From the NCBI GenBank assembly GCA_963727895.1, contig CAVSHT010000012.1:320001-384000 (forward strand): a DNA stretch of 64,000 bases. Reading direction: 5' to 3'. The stretch is from an uncultured Methanosarcinaceae archaeon. Lineage in GTDB: Archaea > Halobacteriota > Methanosarcinia > Methanosarcinales > Methanosarcinaceae. A program made the position numbers and the translations under genes. Every line of letters starts with the position of its first letter. Position 1 is the stretch's first letter. The notes below the pieces were generated by a model, which ran no database searches, had not been told where the DNA came from, and saw nothing but the letters and a program-made list of their open reading frames with translations. Shown in pieces: positions 22,076 through 33,363 of the stretch.

Positions 22076-23323
22076 TCACTCCTCTACAAAGCCTGAAGCA
22101 AGCAAAGCTGCACCTACTGCCCCTATCAGGTGGGAGTTCTTAGGCACAAGGACATCGATCTTGAGAAGCTCTCCTAGAGCTTTTGGCACTCCTGCAATTA
22201 GTGAAGATCCACCTACAAGAATCAAAGGCTCTTTGACATCTACTTCCTGTAATTGCTGTTCATAGATCTGCTCTACTACACTATAACATGCAGCTGCAGC
22301 TACATCTTCAGGAGTAGCTCCTTTTGCGAGGGAATTCACAAGGGATTGAGTTCCAAAGACTATACAATAGCTGTTCATGGATACATTTTCGTGCATCCCT
22401 TTGACTGCCAGAGCTCCTAGTTCAGTAATATCTACACCAAGCCGCTTTGAGATCATTTCAAAGAAACGTCCTGAAGCGCCTGCGCAGATTCCGCCCATTG
22501 TAAACATTCCGGGAATGCCGTCCTGAACCGAGATAGCCTTATTGTCCATACCGCCTATATCAATAACCGTTGCACTGCCTTTTTGTTTATCAGCAAGATA
22601 AACGGCTCCTTTTGAGTTGACAGTAATTTCTTCCTGAATAAGTTGGGCTTTAAGACTGTTACCAATAAGGAATCTGCCATATCCTGTAGTACCAAGAGCC
22701 TGAATTTCTTCCCTTGAAACTCCGGCTTCTTTTAAAGCTTGTGAATATGCTTCTTCAGCACTTTCAAGGACTTTCGTTGTGGGAACCCATCCAGCACCTA
22801 TTATTTTGTTGTCTCTCATTATAACTGCTTTTGTAGTTGTTGACCCTGAATCAATTCCCGCAGTCAGTCCAGTCTGAATTTCTCTGGAAAGAAGATGCCT
22901 ACGTCTCACAATTGTAGTAAGAGCTTCCAGTCGAGTAAGAAGTGTTGCTGCACTGGTACTTTCTGTGAATGAATAACTGATTACCGGCAGCTTGGAGTGA
23001 TTATGGATGTATCTTCTAACCTCGTTTCGTACAATAGCCCCTTCAGCACAGCGGAAACAGGTGGTAATAAAAACTCCATCCACATTGCTCGTCCCTTCGA
23101 CAACAGCCTTTGCCCTGGCCATCATAAGCCTCAAATCTCCGCTTGCAGCCTCAAGTCCGAAGTCTTTGCCAATAGTGTCTAAAGATGCAACATCAATTTC
23201 AGGATAAACAAATTTTGCATTAACTTTGGCTGCAGCTTCTTCAAACTCGGGCTGAACGCCAGCATATTCAGAACCACAGGATACAAGTGCAATCTTGACA
23301 AGGTTAGATTCTTCAGAGCTCAT
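22076..23323 (-). CDS. mmp15: Methanogenesis marker protein 15 (CoA-substrate activase-like ASKHA ATPase)
   Basis: [46 protein letters not shown]. Confidence 0.92.
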   Translation of the reverse strand: MSSEESNLVKIALVSCGSEYAGVQPEFEEAAAKVNAKFVYPEIDVASLDTIGKDFGLEAASGDLRLMMARAKAVVEGTSNVDGVFITTCFRCAEGAIVRNEVRRYIHNHSKLPVISYSFTESTSAATLLTRLEALTTIVRRRHLLSREIQTGLTAGIDSGSTTTKAVIMRDNKIIGAGWVPTTKVLESAEEAYSQALKEAGVSREEIQALGTTGYGRFLIGNSLKAQLIQEEITVNSKGAVYLADKQKGSATVIDIGGMDNKAISVQDGIPGMFTMGGICAGASGRFFEMISKRLGVDITELGALAVKGMHENVSMNSYCIVFGTQSLVNSLAKGATPEDVAAAACYSVVEQIYEQQLQEVDVKEPLILVGGSSLIAGVPKALGELLKIDVLVPKNSHLIGAVGAALLASGFVEE

Positions 23324-23832
23324 TCCTTGTCCTCCTTTTCTGCAGAGTCTTTATCTTTATCCTTTTCATCTTCCTCAGGCTTTTCTTTAGGCAATGATTC
23401 AAGAAATACTGCAATCTTGTTTACGAAATCTCTGGCTTCCTCGTCAGACTCAGGGTACTTTACCTCAAGTACAGAAACACCTTTTGAGCGAACCAGATAC
23501 TTTGTTAGTTCATTTGTACGATTACAGCCCACGCAGCCAAAGTTCGTAGGTGGGTTTTCAACTATAATTGCAGCTTCTGCCTGCTCTATAAGAGGACCTA
23601 TAAGAGACATTCTTCCCCTTACTCCAGCAGGCACTTCAATTGCAGCATATTTAAGGCCCAGTTTAGGGTCTTCAGGAGTAATATTTATAGGAGGAGAATC
23701 AAGGCTGAGATTTGTGACTTTTTCTCGAATTTGGTTCATCATGGTAAGAGGCTTATGCCCAAAACGTTCTACAAGATCAGCTAGAATAAGACTATTTATA
23801 GGATAAATGAAAACCTTTGTCAAAAAACTCAC
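23320..23832 (-). CDS. mmp5: Methanogenesis marker protein 5
   Basis: [46 protein letters not shown]. Confidence 0.92.
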   Translation of the reverse strand: MSFLTKVFIYPINSLILADLVERFGHKPLTMMNQIREKVTNLSLDSPPINITPEDPKLGLKYAAIEVPAGVRGRMSLIGPLIEQAEAAIIVENPPTNFGCVGCNRTNELTKYLVRSKGVSVLEVKYPESDEEARDFVNKIAVFLESLPKEKPEEDEKDKDKDSAEKEDKE

Positions 23833-24272
23833 CTCGCAAGCTCCTCTTCAATAACTTTTTCCAGGTCTGAAGTTTTAAGCCTGCCTTTTGTTTTTCTTGT
23901 TTCTGTTACAGATTCTTTTGCATCTAGTTCATCAAGTGCAGCCCCAATAGCAGGCAGCATCTGCACTTCTTCCCTCAAAAAATGGAATCCTGGTCTTGGA
24001 CCTCCACCTCTACTTGCACGGCAGCGTCTTTCATCACCAGGAGGAAATCCCCTATCTTTTACAAAAATATGATTTTTATCCAGCTGCCGGATATTTTCGA
24101 CCACTGTCTGTACATCGTCTTTAGCCCCAGATACAATAAGCCCAAAACATGTTTCCTTTACCGTAACTGGAAACTCGGACTCATAGATCTTCATAGCTGC
24201 ATCTGAAGGCAGCACTTTATCCGAACTGATTACAATGTACTTTGTAACCTCTTCTTTTTTCGTTTCAGTCAT
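23829..24272 (-). CDS. mmp6: Methanogenesis marker protein 6
   Basis: VKETCFG, IFVKDRGFPPGDERRCRA...GPRPGFH. Confidence 0.92.
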   Translation of the reverse strand: MTETKKEEVTKYIVISSDKVLPSDAAMKIYESEFPVTVKETCFGLIVSGAKDDVQTVVENIRQLDKNHIFVKDRGFPPGDERRCRASRGGGPRPGFHFLREEVQMLPAIGAALDELDAKESVTETRKTKGRLKTSDLEKVIEEELAR

Positions 24273-24462
24273 ATTTCGTCTCTCCTTAGCCTGGGAGACT
24301 TCACCTTAGATAAATCAATATGTGTGAATCCGTCCAAGTATTTGAATCAATTAAAGTACTGTACTTACTTAGTAATATAACAGTGATATTACTTTTTTAA
24401 TATATTAAAATTAATATATATATACATCGTTATCAAATTGTTCCTGGTATTTACAATTAGGT

Positions 24463-26019
24463 TCATTCGCGTACAATTTCAGTTACGTATATAGCATCTC
24501 CTTCTTTAATACCATGGAGTTTTTCAGGATTTATTATCCGGCCGACAATATTAGTTGAGGAAAATTTTTCTCCGGTTGGACCAAAAAGTTCGTCGTCTCC
24601 AAGTCTCACACCTATAGTTCCCATTCTCTTTGCCGCCTGGTTCGTAATCCCGATTTCTCCGCCAAGTACCTTATCCGTGGGTGCATTTTCTGGAAGAATT
24701 TCCTTATATTTCACGACTTCTTTTTCAGTTTTAAAAAGGTAAGTATCGTCATATATCATATAAACAGGCAATTTCCCAACGGTTTTCGTCTTAAGTTCAA
24801 GACCGTGGCGGAAAAAGTTCACAGATTTGGGAGCTTTTTCAGGATAAAGCTCGATTTCAATAATTTTTGCTTTGGGTACCGCATATGCAGTTACTTTTGC
24901 ATCTCCAAGAATTTCAAGGGTCGTTGGCGGATCCTGCCTGACAATTATCGCGTCTTCACCAGTATATCCGTCTTTTACCAGTTCAATTCCTATGGACGAA
25001 AGTACAGGTTCTACTTCCTCAAAACTATGCCCCAGAAGAACTATCTGGGGAGGAAGGCTTTCAATAGCAAGTTTCTGTCCTTCTTCTGCTAACTTGACAA
25101 GTTCAAGCCCCTTCGTCACTTGTCCTACTACCGAATGCACAAGGCTTGAAGGACGATCTTCTTTTGAAATATAAGCTCTGCCCAACCCATATCCAATTGT
25201 TCGGACAGAAATTACACCTTCTTTCCTTGGCTCAAAATTTTCGTAAGGAACGGGTTCTCCTTTCAAATTATCATCTGAAACAAAGGAACTGGTAGTAACG
25301 TCTACATTGAGAGTTCCCTCACGGGTCAATGCATAGAAATGTTCTGCCCCTTTGGGAGCATTCCTGAATAGTTCTACTTCAAAATAAGTAAATATCTTGT
25401 TTCCGTCTTCGAGTGGAATAGAAAGATCAGTTGTACAGGTTTTTTCTGAAATTTGTTCCCATTCTATAATTGGCTCGATACCAAGAATGGAATCATCTAT
25501 GGAAAGACTGGATAAAATATTTTTCCCGGCCACAACTTCTGCAAAAATTCCATCTTCAGGAATCCCATATTCTGCAGTATGTCTCTTAAATGAGAAAATC
25601 AGATGAGTATTGTGAGGATCAAATCCTCCTGCTCCAAACATTACCTCAAAAGCTTCAAAACTCCTTGTCTCACGAGAAGGTTTAATTTCAGCTTCAAAAG
25701 GCCCGAAAGCCAGGGCTTCAGGACTTGTCCAATGAACAGTTTTTCCTTCATATTCTTTAAAGTGTTCAACCCATAATTTTCCTGAAGGAGATTCAGGATC
25801 TTTAATTTCTATCCTGAATTCTCCTCTGGGAGTATTGATAGCGTATTCGGTGATTGCTTCTGTCTTTTCTTCGGCGAGTTCTTTCAGAATTCCGACCGCT
25901 GTACCGGTTATATAGGGGGCTCTGGAAACCTTGAGAGCGTCTTCAAGGGTAGAGCCTACAGGTAAAGTATATTTTTGCCCGTTCACCTCTACGCTGATCT
26001 TATTACTCGTAATAGGCAC
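24463..26019 (-). CDS. mmp3: Methanogenesis marker protein 3 (cyclophilin-like domains)
   Basis: APKSVNFFR, PENAPTDKV..GEIGITNQA, FGPTGEKF..TNIVG. Confidence 0.92.
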   Translation of the reverse strand: MPITSNKISVEVNGQKYTLPVGSTLEDALKVSRAPYITGTAVGILKELAEEKTEAITEYAINTPRGEFRIEIKDPESPSGKLWVEHFKEYEGKTVHWTSPEALAFGPFEAEIKPSRETRSFEAFEVMFGAGGFDPHNTHLIFSFKRHTAEYGIPEDGIFAEVVAGKNILSSLSIDDSILGIEPIIEWEQISEKTCTTDLSIPLEDGNKIFTYFEVELFRNAPKGAEHFYALTREGTLNVDVTTSSFVSDDNLKGEPVPYENFEPRKEGVISVRTIGYGLGRAYISKEDRPSSLVHSVVGQVTKGLELVKLAEEGQKLAIESLPPQIVLLGHSFEEVEPVLSSIGIELVKDGYTGEDAIIVRQDPPTTLEILGDAKVTAYAVPKAKIIEIELYPEKAPKSVNFFRHGLELKTKTVGKLPVYMIYDDTYLFKTEKEVVKYKEILPENAPTDKVLGGEIGITNQAAKRMGTIGVRLGDDELFGPTGEKFSSTNIVGRIINPEKLHGIKEGDAIYVTEIVRE

Positions 26020-26066
26020 CTCATTTTAGTATTATTTTATACTAAGAGGTGGGAGCATATTTATAT

Positions 26067-27674
26067 TTATTCTGTAGCTTGGATCTTCTCTTCTTCAGTA
26101 AGTTGAGCTAGTATTTTTTTAGGTTCACCTATGTCTACAATCTTCCCGTTACGCATAAGTGCGACACGATCACATATTTCAGTTACGAAATCGAGATCGT
26201 GAGAAACTACAACAAACGTTTCACCTATATCTTCTCTAGCTTTAAGAATAGAATTTGTCACCGATACTTTGGTGATAGGATCCATAGTCCCAGTTGGTTC
26301 ATCCATAATGACGATTCTCGGTTCCTTGATAAGAACCTGTGCAAGTGCAATTCTATGCCGTTCCCCTTCACTCAGTTCATCAGTCATTTTAGGTAAAATA
26401 GCTTTTGCCGTATTTTCCTCAAAGCCTGAAGCTTTAAGAGTAATTACGGCTTTTCTAACCCCGAGTTCAAAGGGAAGATCAAGACTAATAGATTCTGTAA
26501 GGTTATCAATTACTGAGCTATGAGTGTAAAGGCCATATTCCTGGTGAAGGAATCCCATATATTTAGTCGCTCTACCTTTATTTTCCACTCCTAACTTAGT
26601 CATGTCAACCCATTCATCCCCAACGCGAACCTCAACTTCTCCGGATGTTGGAGGTAAGATTCCCATAAGAATTTTTGAAGTTGTAGTTTTTCCAGCTCCG
26701 CTTACTCCCACAAGTCCAAAAATTTCTCCTTCTTTTACATCAAAAGATATACCATCTATAGCCCTTACCACGCCCCGATCAACTGAAATATAACGTTTTG
26801 CGAGATCTTTTACCCTGATAATAGGCTCCCCAACCATGACATTCTTTTCTTGCCTCACTAAAGATACATTTTGCATAAAAGTTGAAGAAACCTCAAGTGG
26901 ATTCCCTTCCTTAACTATCTCCCCATTTTCAAGCAAAATGACCTTGTTCGCCAGTTGCTCAATAACCTCAGGCCAGTGTGAAGTCAGAATCATGGTCATG
27001 TTATAGTTCTTGACTGCCCTAATCATAGCATCATGAACAAGCTTTGCATTCATGGGGTCAAGAGTACCTGTAGGCTCATCAGCTAACAGGAGCAAAGGAT
27101 TTCTAACAAGCTGTCTTGCAAGTACAACTCTCTGTTTTTCCCCACCCGAAAGTTCTCTTGCAACATGCATCATGCGGTGACTCAAGTTTACTTCTTCCAG
27201 CAGTTCGACAGCTTTTTGCATGGAATCTTTTCCTGTATATCCGATTTCAGTCAAAGAATTAATAACATTTACAATAACTCGTTCATCACCATAAAGAGCA
27301 AAAGTGCGCTGAAGCATGATAGCAATTTTTTTGGTGATATCTCTTCTTATAGGATCATAAAGGGAAAGTTTTACAAAATCCACTTCAAACGCTTCTAATG
27401 TATCTCCACAGATAGGACATTTCTGACCAGTTTTACTGGGGAGCTCTATGTATCCACATTTTGAACAACGGGATAAATGATATATGACCTCACCTGAGAT
27501 CTTTTCAAAAGATTCTGTGCCGCGCAGAACGTGCATCAGGATTGTCTTTCCGGATCCGCTTTTGCCGAGAATCCCAACGATATCTCCTCCGTTAATACTT
27601 AAACTTACGTTTTTCAGGGCTTTGTGACCGTCAAAATCTACGGTCAGGTTTTTGACTTCAATAAATACTGGCAT
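26067..27674 (-). CDS. atwA: Methyl-coenzyme M reductase system component A2
   Basis: Two ABC NBDs, CSKC...CPIC zinc motif, [20 protein letters not shown]; adjacent to mmp3. Confidence 0.95.
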   Translation of the reverse strand: MPVFIEVKNLTVDFDGHKALKNVSLSINGGDIVGILGKSGSGKTILMHVLRGTESFEKISGEVIYHLSRCSKCGYIELPSKTGQKCPICGDTLEAFEVDFVKLSLYDPIRRDITKKIAIMLQRTFALYGDERVIVNVINSLTEIGYTGKDSMQKAVELLEEVNLSHRMMHVARELSGGEKQRVVLARQLVRNPLLLLADEPTGTLDPMNAKLVHDAMIRAVKNYNMTMILTSHWPEVIEQLANKVILLENGEIVKEGNPLEVSSTFMQNVSLVRQEKNVMVGEPIIRVKDLAKRYISVDRGVVRAIDGISFDVKEGEIFGLVGVSGAGKTTTSKILMGILPPTSGEVEVRVGDEWVDMTKLGVENKGRATKYMGFLHQEYGLYTHSSVIDNLTESISLDLPFELGVRKAVITLKASGFEENTAKAILPKMTDELSEGERHRIALAQVLIKEPRIVIMDEPTGTMDPITKVSVTNSILKAREDIGETFVVVSHDLDFVTEICDRVALMRNGKIVDIGEPKKILAQLTEEEKIQATE

Positions 27675-28025
27675 GGATTTTCCTCCGCAATTATGAGCTG
27701 CAAAACATTCTGGTGGTTTTTACCCACCTAAAATATAGTTCAATAATGAAAAACACTTACTACAACTGAACAATACATTAATACAAGCAAAGAATTTCGC
27801 ACATTTGGGCAACAACTACATAAGATTAAAGGTTACATAAATCTAACGCATTATTTTTTCACTGTTAACATTCAAAGTAGCATTTAAAGTCAAGTTAATC
27901 TGATGAATTTGCCTAATCAGCAATTTAATTTCGTGTAATTATACTGGCTCTTGAAATATATCTATTCATCTTAATATGTTGATCAGTTGGCAACATGAGC
28001 TCATTAATATATAATTTCTTATATG

Positions 28026-28826
28026 TTACAGAGCTTTTACCACATCCACAACTTTTATTATATTGTCAATTACCACGTCTGCCGCTTCTCTGAGTTTCTC
28101 AGGTCTTTTGTCCCCCTGTTGAGTGGTCATTATTCCTACGTCTGCTGCTCTAAATGCCAATATATCGTTGATCCCATCTCCTACCATTACTACTTTTCCA
28201 TACTTTTGTTGTAGTTCACGCACTATTTTTTCCTTCATAAAAGTATTTGATAAAGCAAAGACCCGTTCCTGAGGAATATTTACGTAATCAGCCAATTGCA
28301 CGAGAGCTAATAAACTATCTCCAGAAGCAATGTAGGTATCTACTTCCATGGCATGAAGAGTCTGAACGGTTTGTAATGTGGTACTAAATACTTGCCCGCC
28401 TGTGCTAAGTACATAAGGTATGCTTCGGGCTTCAGAATCAACTATCAGGCCTGCTGCAATATGAAAAATATTTGGACATCGAATTGCAACCGTTTCCAAT
28501 ACATCATGTACATCACCCATACTAGGAGCTATTTCCCTTATAATTTCACATGCAATATCCGATGTAAATTTTCCTTTTGAACAGCTTATACCTATAGGGA
28601 CTCTATACTCTTTTATAAAATCAGATAAAAGCATATCTCTTCTTGAATGCAGTATGATGTCACTTTCGACATTTAGAACTACAAGCCCGCATCCATTCTT
28701 TTGTGCAACAATGGCAGTGCTCTCGATGTTTTCAAGGATATTCCCAGTGCTGACTTCCTTTGCAACTCTATACATATGCAGGAGAGTTCCGGCGCTGTCA
28801 AAGACCACTGCAATTCTTTTGGACAT
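28026..28826 (-). CDS. HAD-superfamily soluble P-type ATPase-like protein
   Basis: VFDSAGTL, IASGD, MVGDGINDILA. Confidence 0.85.
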   Translation of the reverse strand: MSKRIAVVFDSAGTLLHMYRVAKEVSTGNILENIESTAIVAQKNGCGLVVLNVESDIILHSRRDMLLSDFIKEYRVPIGISCSKGKFTSDIACEIIREIAPSMGDVHDVLETVAIRCPNIFHIAAGLIVDSEARSIPYVLSTGGQVFSTTLQTVQTLHAMEVDTYIASGDSLLALVQLADYVNIPQERVFALSNTFMKEKIVRELQQKYGKVVMVGDGINDILAFRAADVGIMTTQQGDKRPEKLREAADVVIDNIIKVVDVVKAL

Positions 28827-28918
28827 ACAAAGTGATTAAGCTTTAAGATAAAAAATCTTTGCAAAAATTAGGAAATACAAAAGAGATTTTATAAAAAAGA
28901 TGTGAAGAAAATATTACT

Positions 28919-29812
28919 TCACACAATTGAAGCCCCTGAAAACAGGACACCAACAAGAAATCCCAGGATTACTCCAGAGTTCAAGAAAGGAAGTCCTGCC
29001 TGTGGTTTTCCTTTCATTACCAGAATAGAAAGTACTGCATGTCCTGCAAGGGTGCCTAAAATAGCACCAATAACTGGATAGGAAATTCCATTACTTTTTA
29101 GGAAAGCGTTTGCTGAAACTACCAGCAGAGTAGGCATAACTGCATCTCCAAGGCCCATAAAAAAAGCTTCATGCTGTTCTCCCGACTTGAAGTCTTCCTT
29201 CAAGAAAGAATAGTTTAAATGTTTCGGGATCACGAATAGAATTGGAAGCTTTAGATCCATTATTCCTTCAGCCATAGACACCATATGCTTTGTTTTGTAT
29301 ACCGAGATAGCATCGTATATTGCAAGGAGCAGTAGGAGTACTATTGTGGGAACGATTGAAAGAGAAATTCCTATCAGGGCACTGACTCCAGCTGAAATAC
29401 AAACTCCCACAATGTCAACTATGTACCATTCTGGATATTTGTAAAGCAGCGCTGTTATTCCTATAGATATCACAATTGAAGCAATGGCTTCAAATCCTGA
29501 AAGGAATGGAATAAGGGTAAACAGAGCAAAGAACACATAATATAGAGTGCTTAGTATAGCGAAGTAAATGGAGAGGCTGATTATCCATTTCATGTTCTTC
29601 TTTAGTGCCACGAGAACAAGTAGGGTAAAACCCAGTGTTATTACAATATAATATATTGAATTGGACACCTGACTGGGGTCCTCAAAAGTCTGCATATGAT
29701 TAACTTCCATAGGGGGGGACAAAAAAAGTGCGAGAATCTGCACTATTATAATAAGTCCTCCCATGGATAAAATGGGTATATAATCCTTAATTGATTGTTC
29801 ACTGGAACTCAA
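28919..29812 (-). CDS. Presenilin-family intramembrane aspartyl protease (PSH)
   Basis: YDAISVYKTKHM, GLGD, AGLP; multi-TM. Confidence 0.93.
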   Translation of the reverse strand: MSSSEQSIKDYIPILSMGGLIIIVQILALFLSPPMEVNHMQTFEDPSQVSNSIYYIVITLGFTLLVLVALKKNMKWIISLSIYFAILSTLYYVFFALFTLIPFLSGFEAIASIVISIGITALLYKYPEWYIVDIVGVCISAGVSALIGISLSIVPTIVLLLLLAIYDAISVYKTKHMVSMAEGIMDLKLPILFVIPKHLNYSFLKEDFKSGEQHEAFFMGLGDAVMPTLLVVSANAFLKSNGISYPVIGAILGTLAGHAVLSILVMKGKPQAGLPFLNSGVILGFLVGVLFSGASIV

Positions 29813-30257
29813 GTGCTAAACTCCTTAATTATTGAAAGTATGCTTAATTTATTCATATTTTTAATGTACACTCTTTTTAATGTACTCTTATCTTCAATTA
29901 CTCTAGACTGTCTTTCCTCTAGACTGCTGATATAATAACTTTACCTAGAGAACACTTTCGCTTCTTTGTACATTTCAACGTGAGGAATTTTCCACAACAC
30001 ATTTCTCATATATCCCAGTGATACATGTTTCTTTGAAGAAACAATAATGAAAAGTAGCGAGATATTATCATAAATAAATAGCTTGCGAAAAAAATTATAT
30101 AATACATCTGATTAAAAACTAAACAAAATAGAAAAGAGTAAAAATAGAAAAGCAGTAAATACTTTAATTGAGGTGTCTCTGCTTATAACTTTAAAATATG
30201 GATATAAAAAAATACTCTTGTATGCGGAAAATTTCATAGGTATGTTAGAGGTATACA

Positions 30258-30581
30258 ATGGAAACTAGAGATACAATATTTCTTGTTGTGATGGTTCTGT
30301 CATCTTTCCTTCTATCCTTTGAATGGCTTAGGAGGTTTGAGTACACTTCCACGAACCCACTAATCATTCTTTCAGTAATGATTCTGGTCGGAACGCTTTC
30401 TGTTATGATTATTTCTATTAATAATAAACTTCAAGAACTCGAAGATAAAATGGAGGCAAAAGACAGAACCCTCAAAGTCAACATGGAGAACACCGAAACA
30501 AAAATTGAAGAAAGGATGAATGAGCTCTCAAGCAAAGTTGATAATGCGATTTATGAGTTCAACCGCAGGAAATATCACTAA
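30258..30581 (+). CDS. Hypothetical protein, 2 TM plus coiled coil
   Basis: GAGGT upstream; hydrophobic N-half, heptad-like C-half. Confidence 0.75.
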   Translation: METRDTIFLVVMVLSSFLLSFEWLRRFEYTSTNPLIILSVMILVGTLSVMIISINNKLQELEDKMEAKDRTLKVNMENTETKIEERMNELSSKVDNAIYEFNRRKYH

Positions 30582-30860
30582 ATATATACAAATACGTTTT
30601 ATAAAAATAGGAACCATCACTTTGGAAGTCTGTTTAAAAGTTTTCCTTTAGGTTTCTTGATCTCGAAATATTTAAGTGCAAGTATGAAAGGGTTGAGTCA
30701 TTTTCATTTCATGAAAACTAATAATTGAGAGAAATAAAACCTCTAGATCTGCTAAAACGATTAATTTTACTTCTTTTACTTCCTTATAGCCATCGTAACC
30801 GATGTTTTTCTTTTTAGAAAGAAAAATATAATTCCAGAATAAACAAAAATATAAAAACTC

Positions 30861-31601
30861 TTAAAGCTCAAAAACCTGCCCATCGTATCCAAGAGGCAAA
30901 AATAAGGCTTCAATAGGATGGGGACGAAATAGATGACTGAGATGGATCAAAGCTACTTCTTTTGCATTGAGTTGTTTTGCAAGTGCCATGGCCTCCTCTG
31001 AATTCATATGTTTTTTGATATGAATATTGGGCGGCACGATAGCATCGGCAATAAGAAGGTCAGGATTTTCCATCAGCTCCATACTGGCTTTGGGAATCTC
31101 CAGGTTAGTGTCTCCTGTGATCACTACTTTTTTATCGCCTTGACGGAGTATAACCCCCGTAGGAACCTCCACAGGAGGGTGGTTGACCTTAAAAAGAGTG
31201 AACTGCAGTCCTATTAGCTCAAAAGGTTCATAGAGCTTTACATAATGATACCTGGGTTTGAGGAAGGAGACGTAACGGTCTATGTAATCAAGATTTTCCT
31301 GAACCCCATAGACATCAACCTTATCTTGAACCCTGTAGAACTCTCCGAATCCTGCGTAATGATCGTAATGCCCATGTGTCCAGATAACTCCATCTACACA
31401 GGACAGGTTTTGTTTGAGAAATTGCTGTCTGAGATCAGGACTGGTGTCAATAAGAATCTTACCTTGATCGGACTCTACAAGAATAGAAAAACGAAAACGC
31501 TGGCTTTTACCACCATGTCGAGCATCTTCACAGGCAGGGCAATTACATCCTATTTTAGGAGTTCCAACAGCGTCACCGGTTCCAAGCAATGTTAACCTCA
31601 T
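30861..31601 (-). CDS. Metallo-beta-lactamase-fold hydrolase (PhnP-like)
   Basis: LLGTG...GTP.IGC.CPAC, IDTSPDLRQQ, THGHYDH, HLSH. Confidence 0.9.
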   Translation of the reverse strand: MRLTLLGTGDAVGTPKIGCNCPACEDARHGGKSQRFRFSILVESDQGKILIDTSPDLRQQFLKQNLSCVDGVIWTHGHYDHYAGFGEFYRVQDKVDVYGVQENLDYIDRYVSFLKPRYHYVKLYEPFELIGLQFTLFKVNHPPVEVPTGVILRQGDKKVVITGDTNLEIPKASMELMENPDLLIADAIVPPNIHIKKHMNSEEAMALAKQLNAKEVALIHLSHLFRPHPIEALFLPLGYDGQVFEL

Positions 31602-31602
31602 A

Positions 31603-32883
31603 TTACTTCTTCCTATCGTATTCTTCGGACTTGAGACCAGCTCTTTCATTAAAAGAATCTACAGCATTCAGCAGGTCCTGATGGGTAAGTATTTTACGCT
31701 CTTCGAGAAGAGCACTAAGAACAGCTTCCCTTATAACTACGCGCAGGTCCGAACCTGAATATCCGTCTGTCAATTCTGCAATTTCTTTAGTATCAAAATT
31801 TCCTTCAATGTGCCGGGTTACGATATCCAGAATATCTGTTCTCATTTCAAGGTCAGGTAGAGGAAAATGAACAATCTCGTCAAAACGTCTCCAAGCTGCA
31901 CTGTCAAGCATGCGGGGGTGATTAGTCGCGGCAATAAGAAGAACTCCATGATCCACAAGGCTGATTTCGTCTATGGCTTTGAGCAGGGTATTTACTGCCC
32001 GCTTGATTGCAGCATTTTCGTCAGACGTTCTTGCTTTTGCAACGAAATCGAGCTCATCTATAAAAAGAATGCATGGATTCAGTTTCTTTGAAAGCAAAAA
32101 GACTCTATCAATGTTCTTTGCAGTCTCACCAAGATACTGGTCTGTTATCATGGAGAGTTTTACCTCAACAAACGGAATAGAGAGCTGTTCTGAAAGTGCA
32201 CGGGCAACCGATGTCTTTCCGGTTCCTGGAGGACCTACAAACAAGAGTTTTCCTATATCATGAAGGCCGATTTCTCGAAGATATTCCCTGTACTCAATGG
32301 CTTTCGTAATCTTTTCAACTTCGTTCTTCTGTTCCTCGGTGAGTACAAGGTCTTTGACTTTTTGCTTTACATCCTCAGGAGCGATAATGGACACGAGTTT
32401 CAGCATATCTTCGCCCTTGTCTTCTTTCCGTATCTCCGCTACCAGTGACTCTATCCATTCCCTGTCGACTTCTTTGGGCTTTATTTTCGCCTTTGCGAGT
32501 TCATAGTTTGCGGCTTCGTCTTCCTTAATTTCTCCATAGTAATAAGCCAGCACAGGATTATTTTCAATCCGTTCCTGGGAACCATCCTGGTTTTCAAACC
32601 ATTCTGCAGCAAGTTCGAAAGCGCTAAGACGAAGTTCAAAATGAGACTTGTCTATATTTATGAATGGGACATTTCGTACGATTTTTTCGAGATCCTTAAG
32701 CCCGTACAGTTTTTCAATTCGGATAAACGTGGCCGTGATAGGTTTGGGAACTGTTTTTTCGGTGCTACTCCAATAGTTTTTCCGAATGTTCTTTGGAAGA
32801 TCATTTACGTCCAGTTCTGGGTAGCGGTTATAGACCTCTGCGGTCAGCAGTAGTTCTACAATATCTAATATAGTGCCTGACAT
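31603..32883 (-). CDS. AAA+ ATPase (single AAA domain, unique N-terminus)
   Basis: GPPGTGKT, ILFIDELD, AATNHP..LD.A.WRRFD. Confidence 0.92.
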   Translation of the reverse strand: MSGTILDIVELLLTAEVYNRYPELDVNDLPKNIRKNYWSSTEKTVPKPITATFIRIEKLYGLKDLEKIVRNVPFINIDKSHFELRLSAFELAAEWFENQDGSQERIENNPVLAYYYGEIKEDEAANYELAKAKIKPKEVDREWIESLVAEIRKEDKGEDMLKLVSIIAPEDVKQKVKDLVLTEEQKNEVEKITKAIEYREYLREIGLHDIGKLLFVGPPGTGKTSVARALSEQLSIPFVEVKLSMITDQYLGETAKNIDRVFLLSKKLNPCILFIDELDFVAKARTSDENAAIKRAVNTLLKAIDEISLVDHGVLLIAATNHPRMLDSAAWRRFDEIVHFPLPDLEMRTDILDIVTRHIEGNFDTKEIAELTDGYSGSDLRVVIREAVLSALLEERKILTHQDLLNAVDSFNERAGLKSEEYDRKK

Positions 32884-33363
32884 GTTTTTACCTGTTGCAT
32901 GCTTGGACTAATCCACTATCAAGTGTTTGGCACTCAAATGCGGGAAGTTCTTAAATCATTCTTTAAGTTGCTAAACCTAGTAATGGATTTTCTTGTATGA
33001 TAAAATTTACGAAGCCCCCGACAGTAAAAGAAAACGTCGGCTGGAGATGATAACTTTATCTAGCAGAAAGCGTTATCATCTACTCTATCTCTTTCGGGAA
33101 TTTAGACATATTTTCGGAAAAAGCCTTTGATGCCTCCGGAAAATGTTCTATTTTCAGAAAGTGGTTGTGTATTCTGGAAATAAAGAATTGCCTCCGTGAG
33201 ATTTACTCAAGTCTTAGAGAGAATTCAATTTACATAGCTTATTTCTGGAATGGCACAGAAGTATCAAAACTTCTGCATTATCAGAACTAGTATATTAAAA
33301 CTATCATTCCTAAGATTTCTCTATATAAGGAAATCCAAAATTATCCCTAGAGAGGACAATTGC

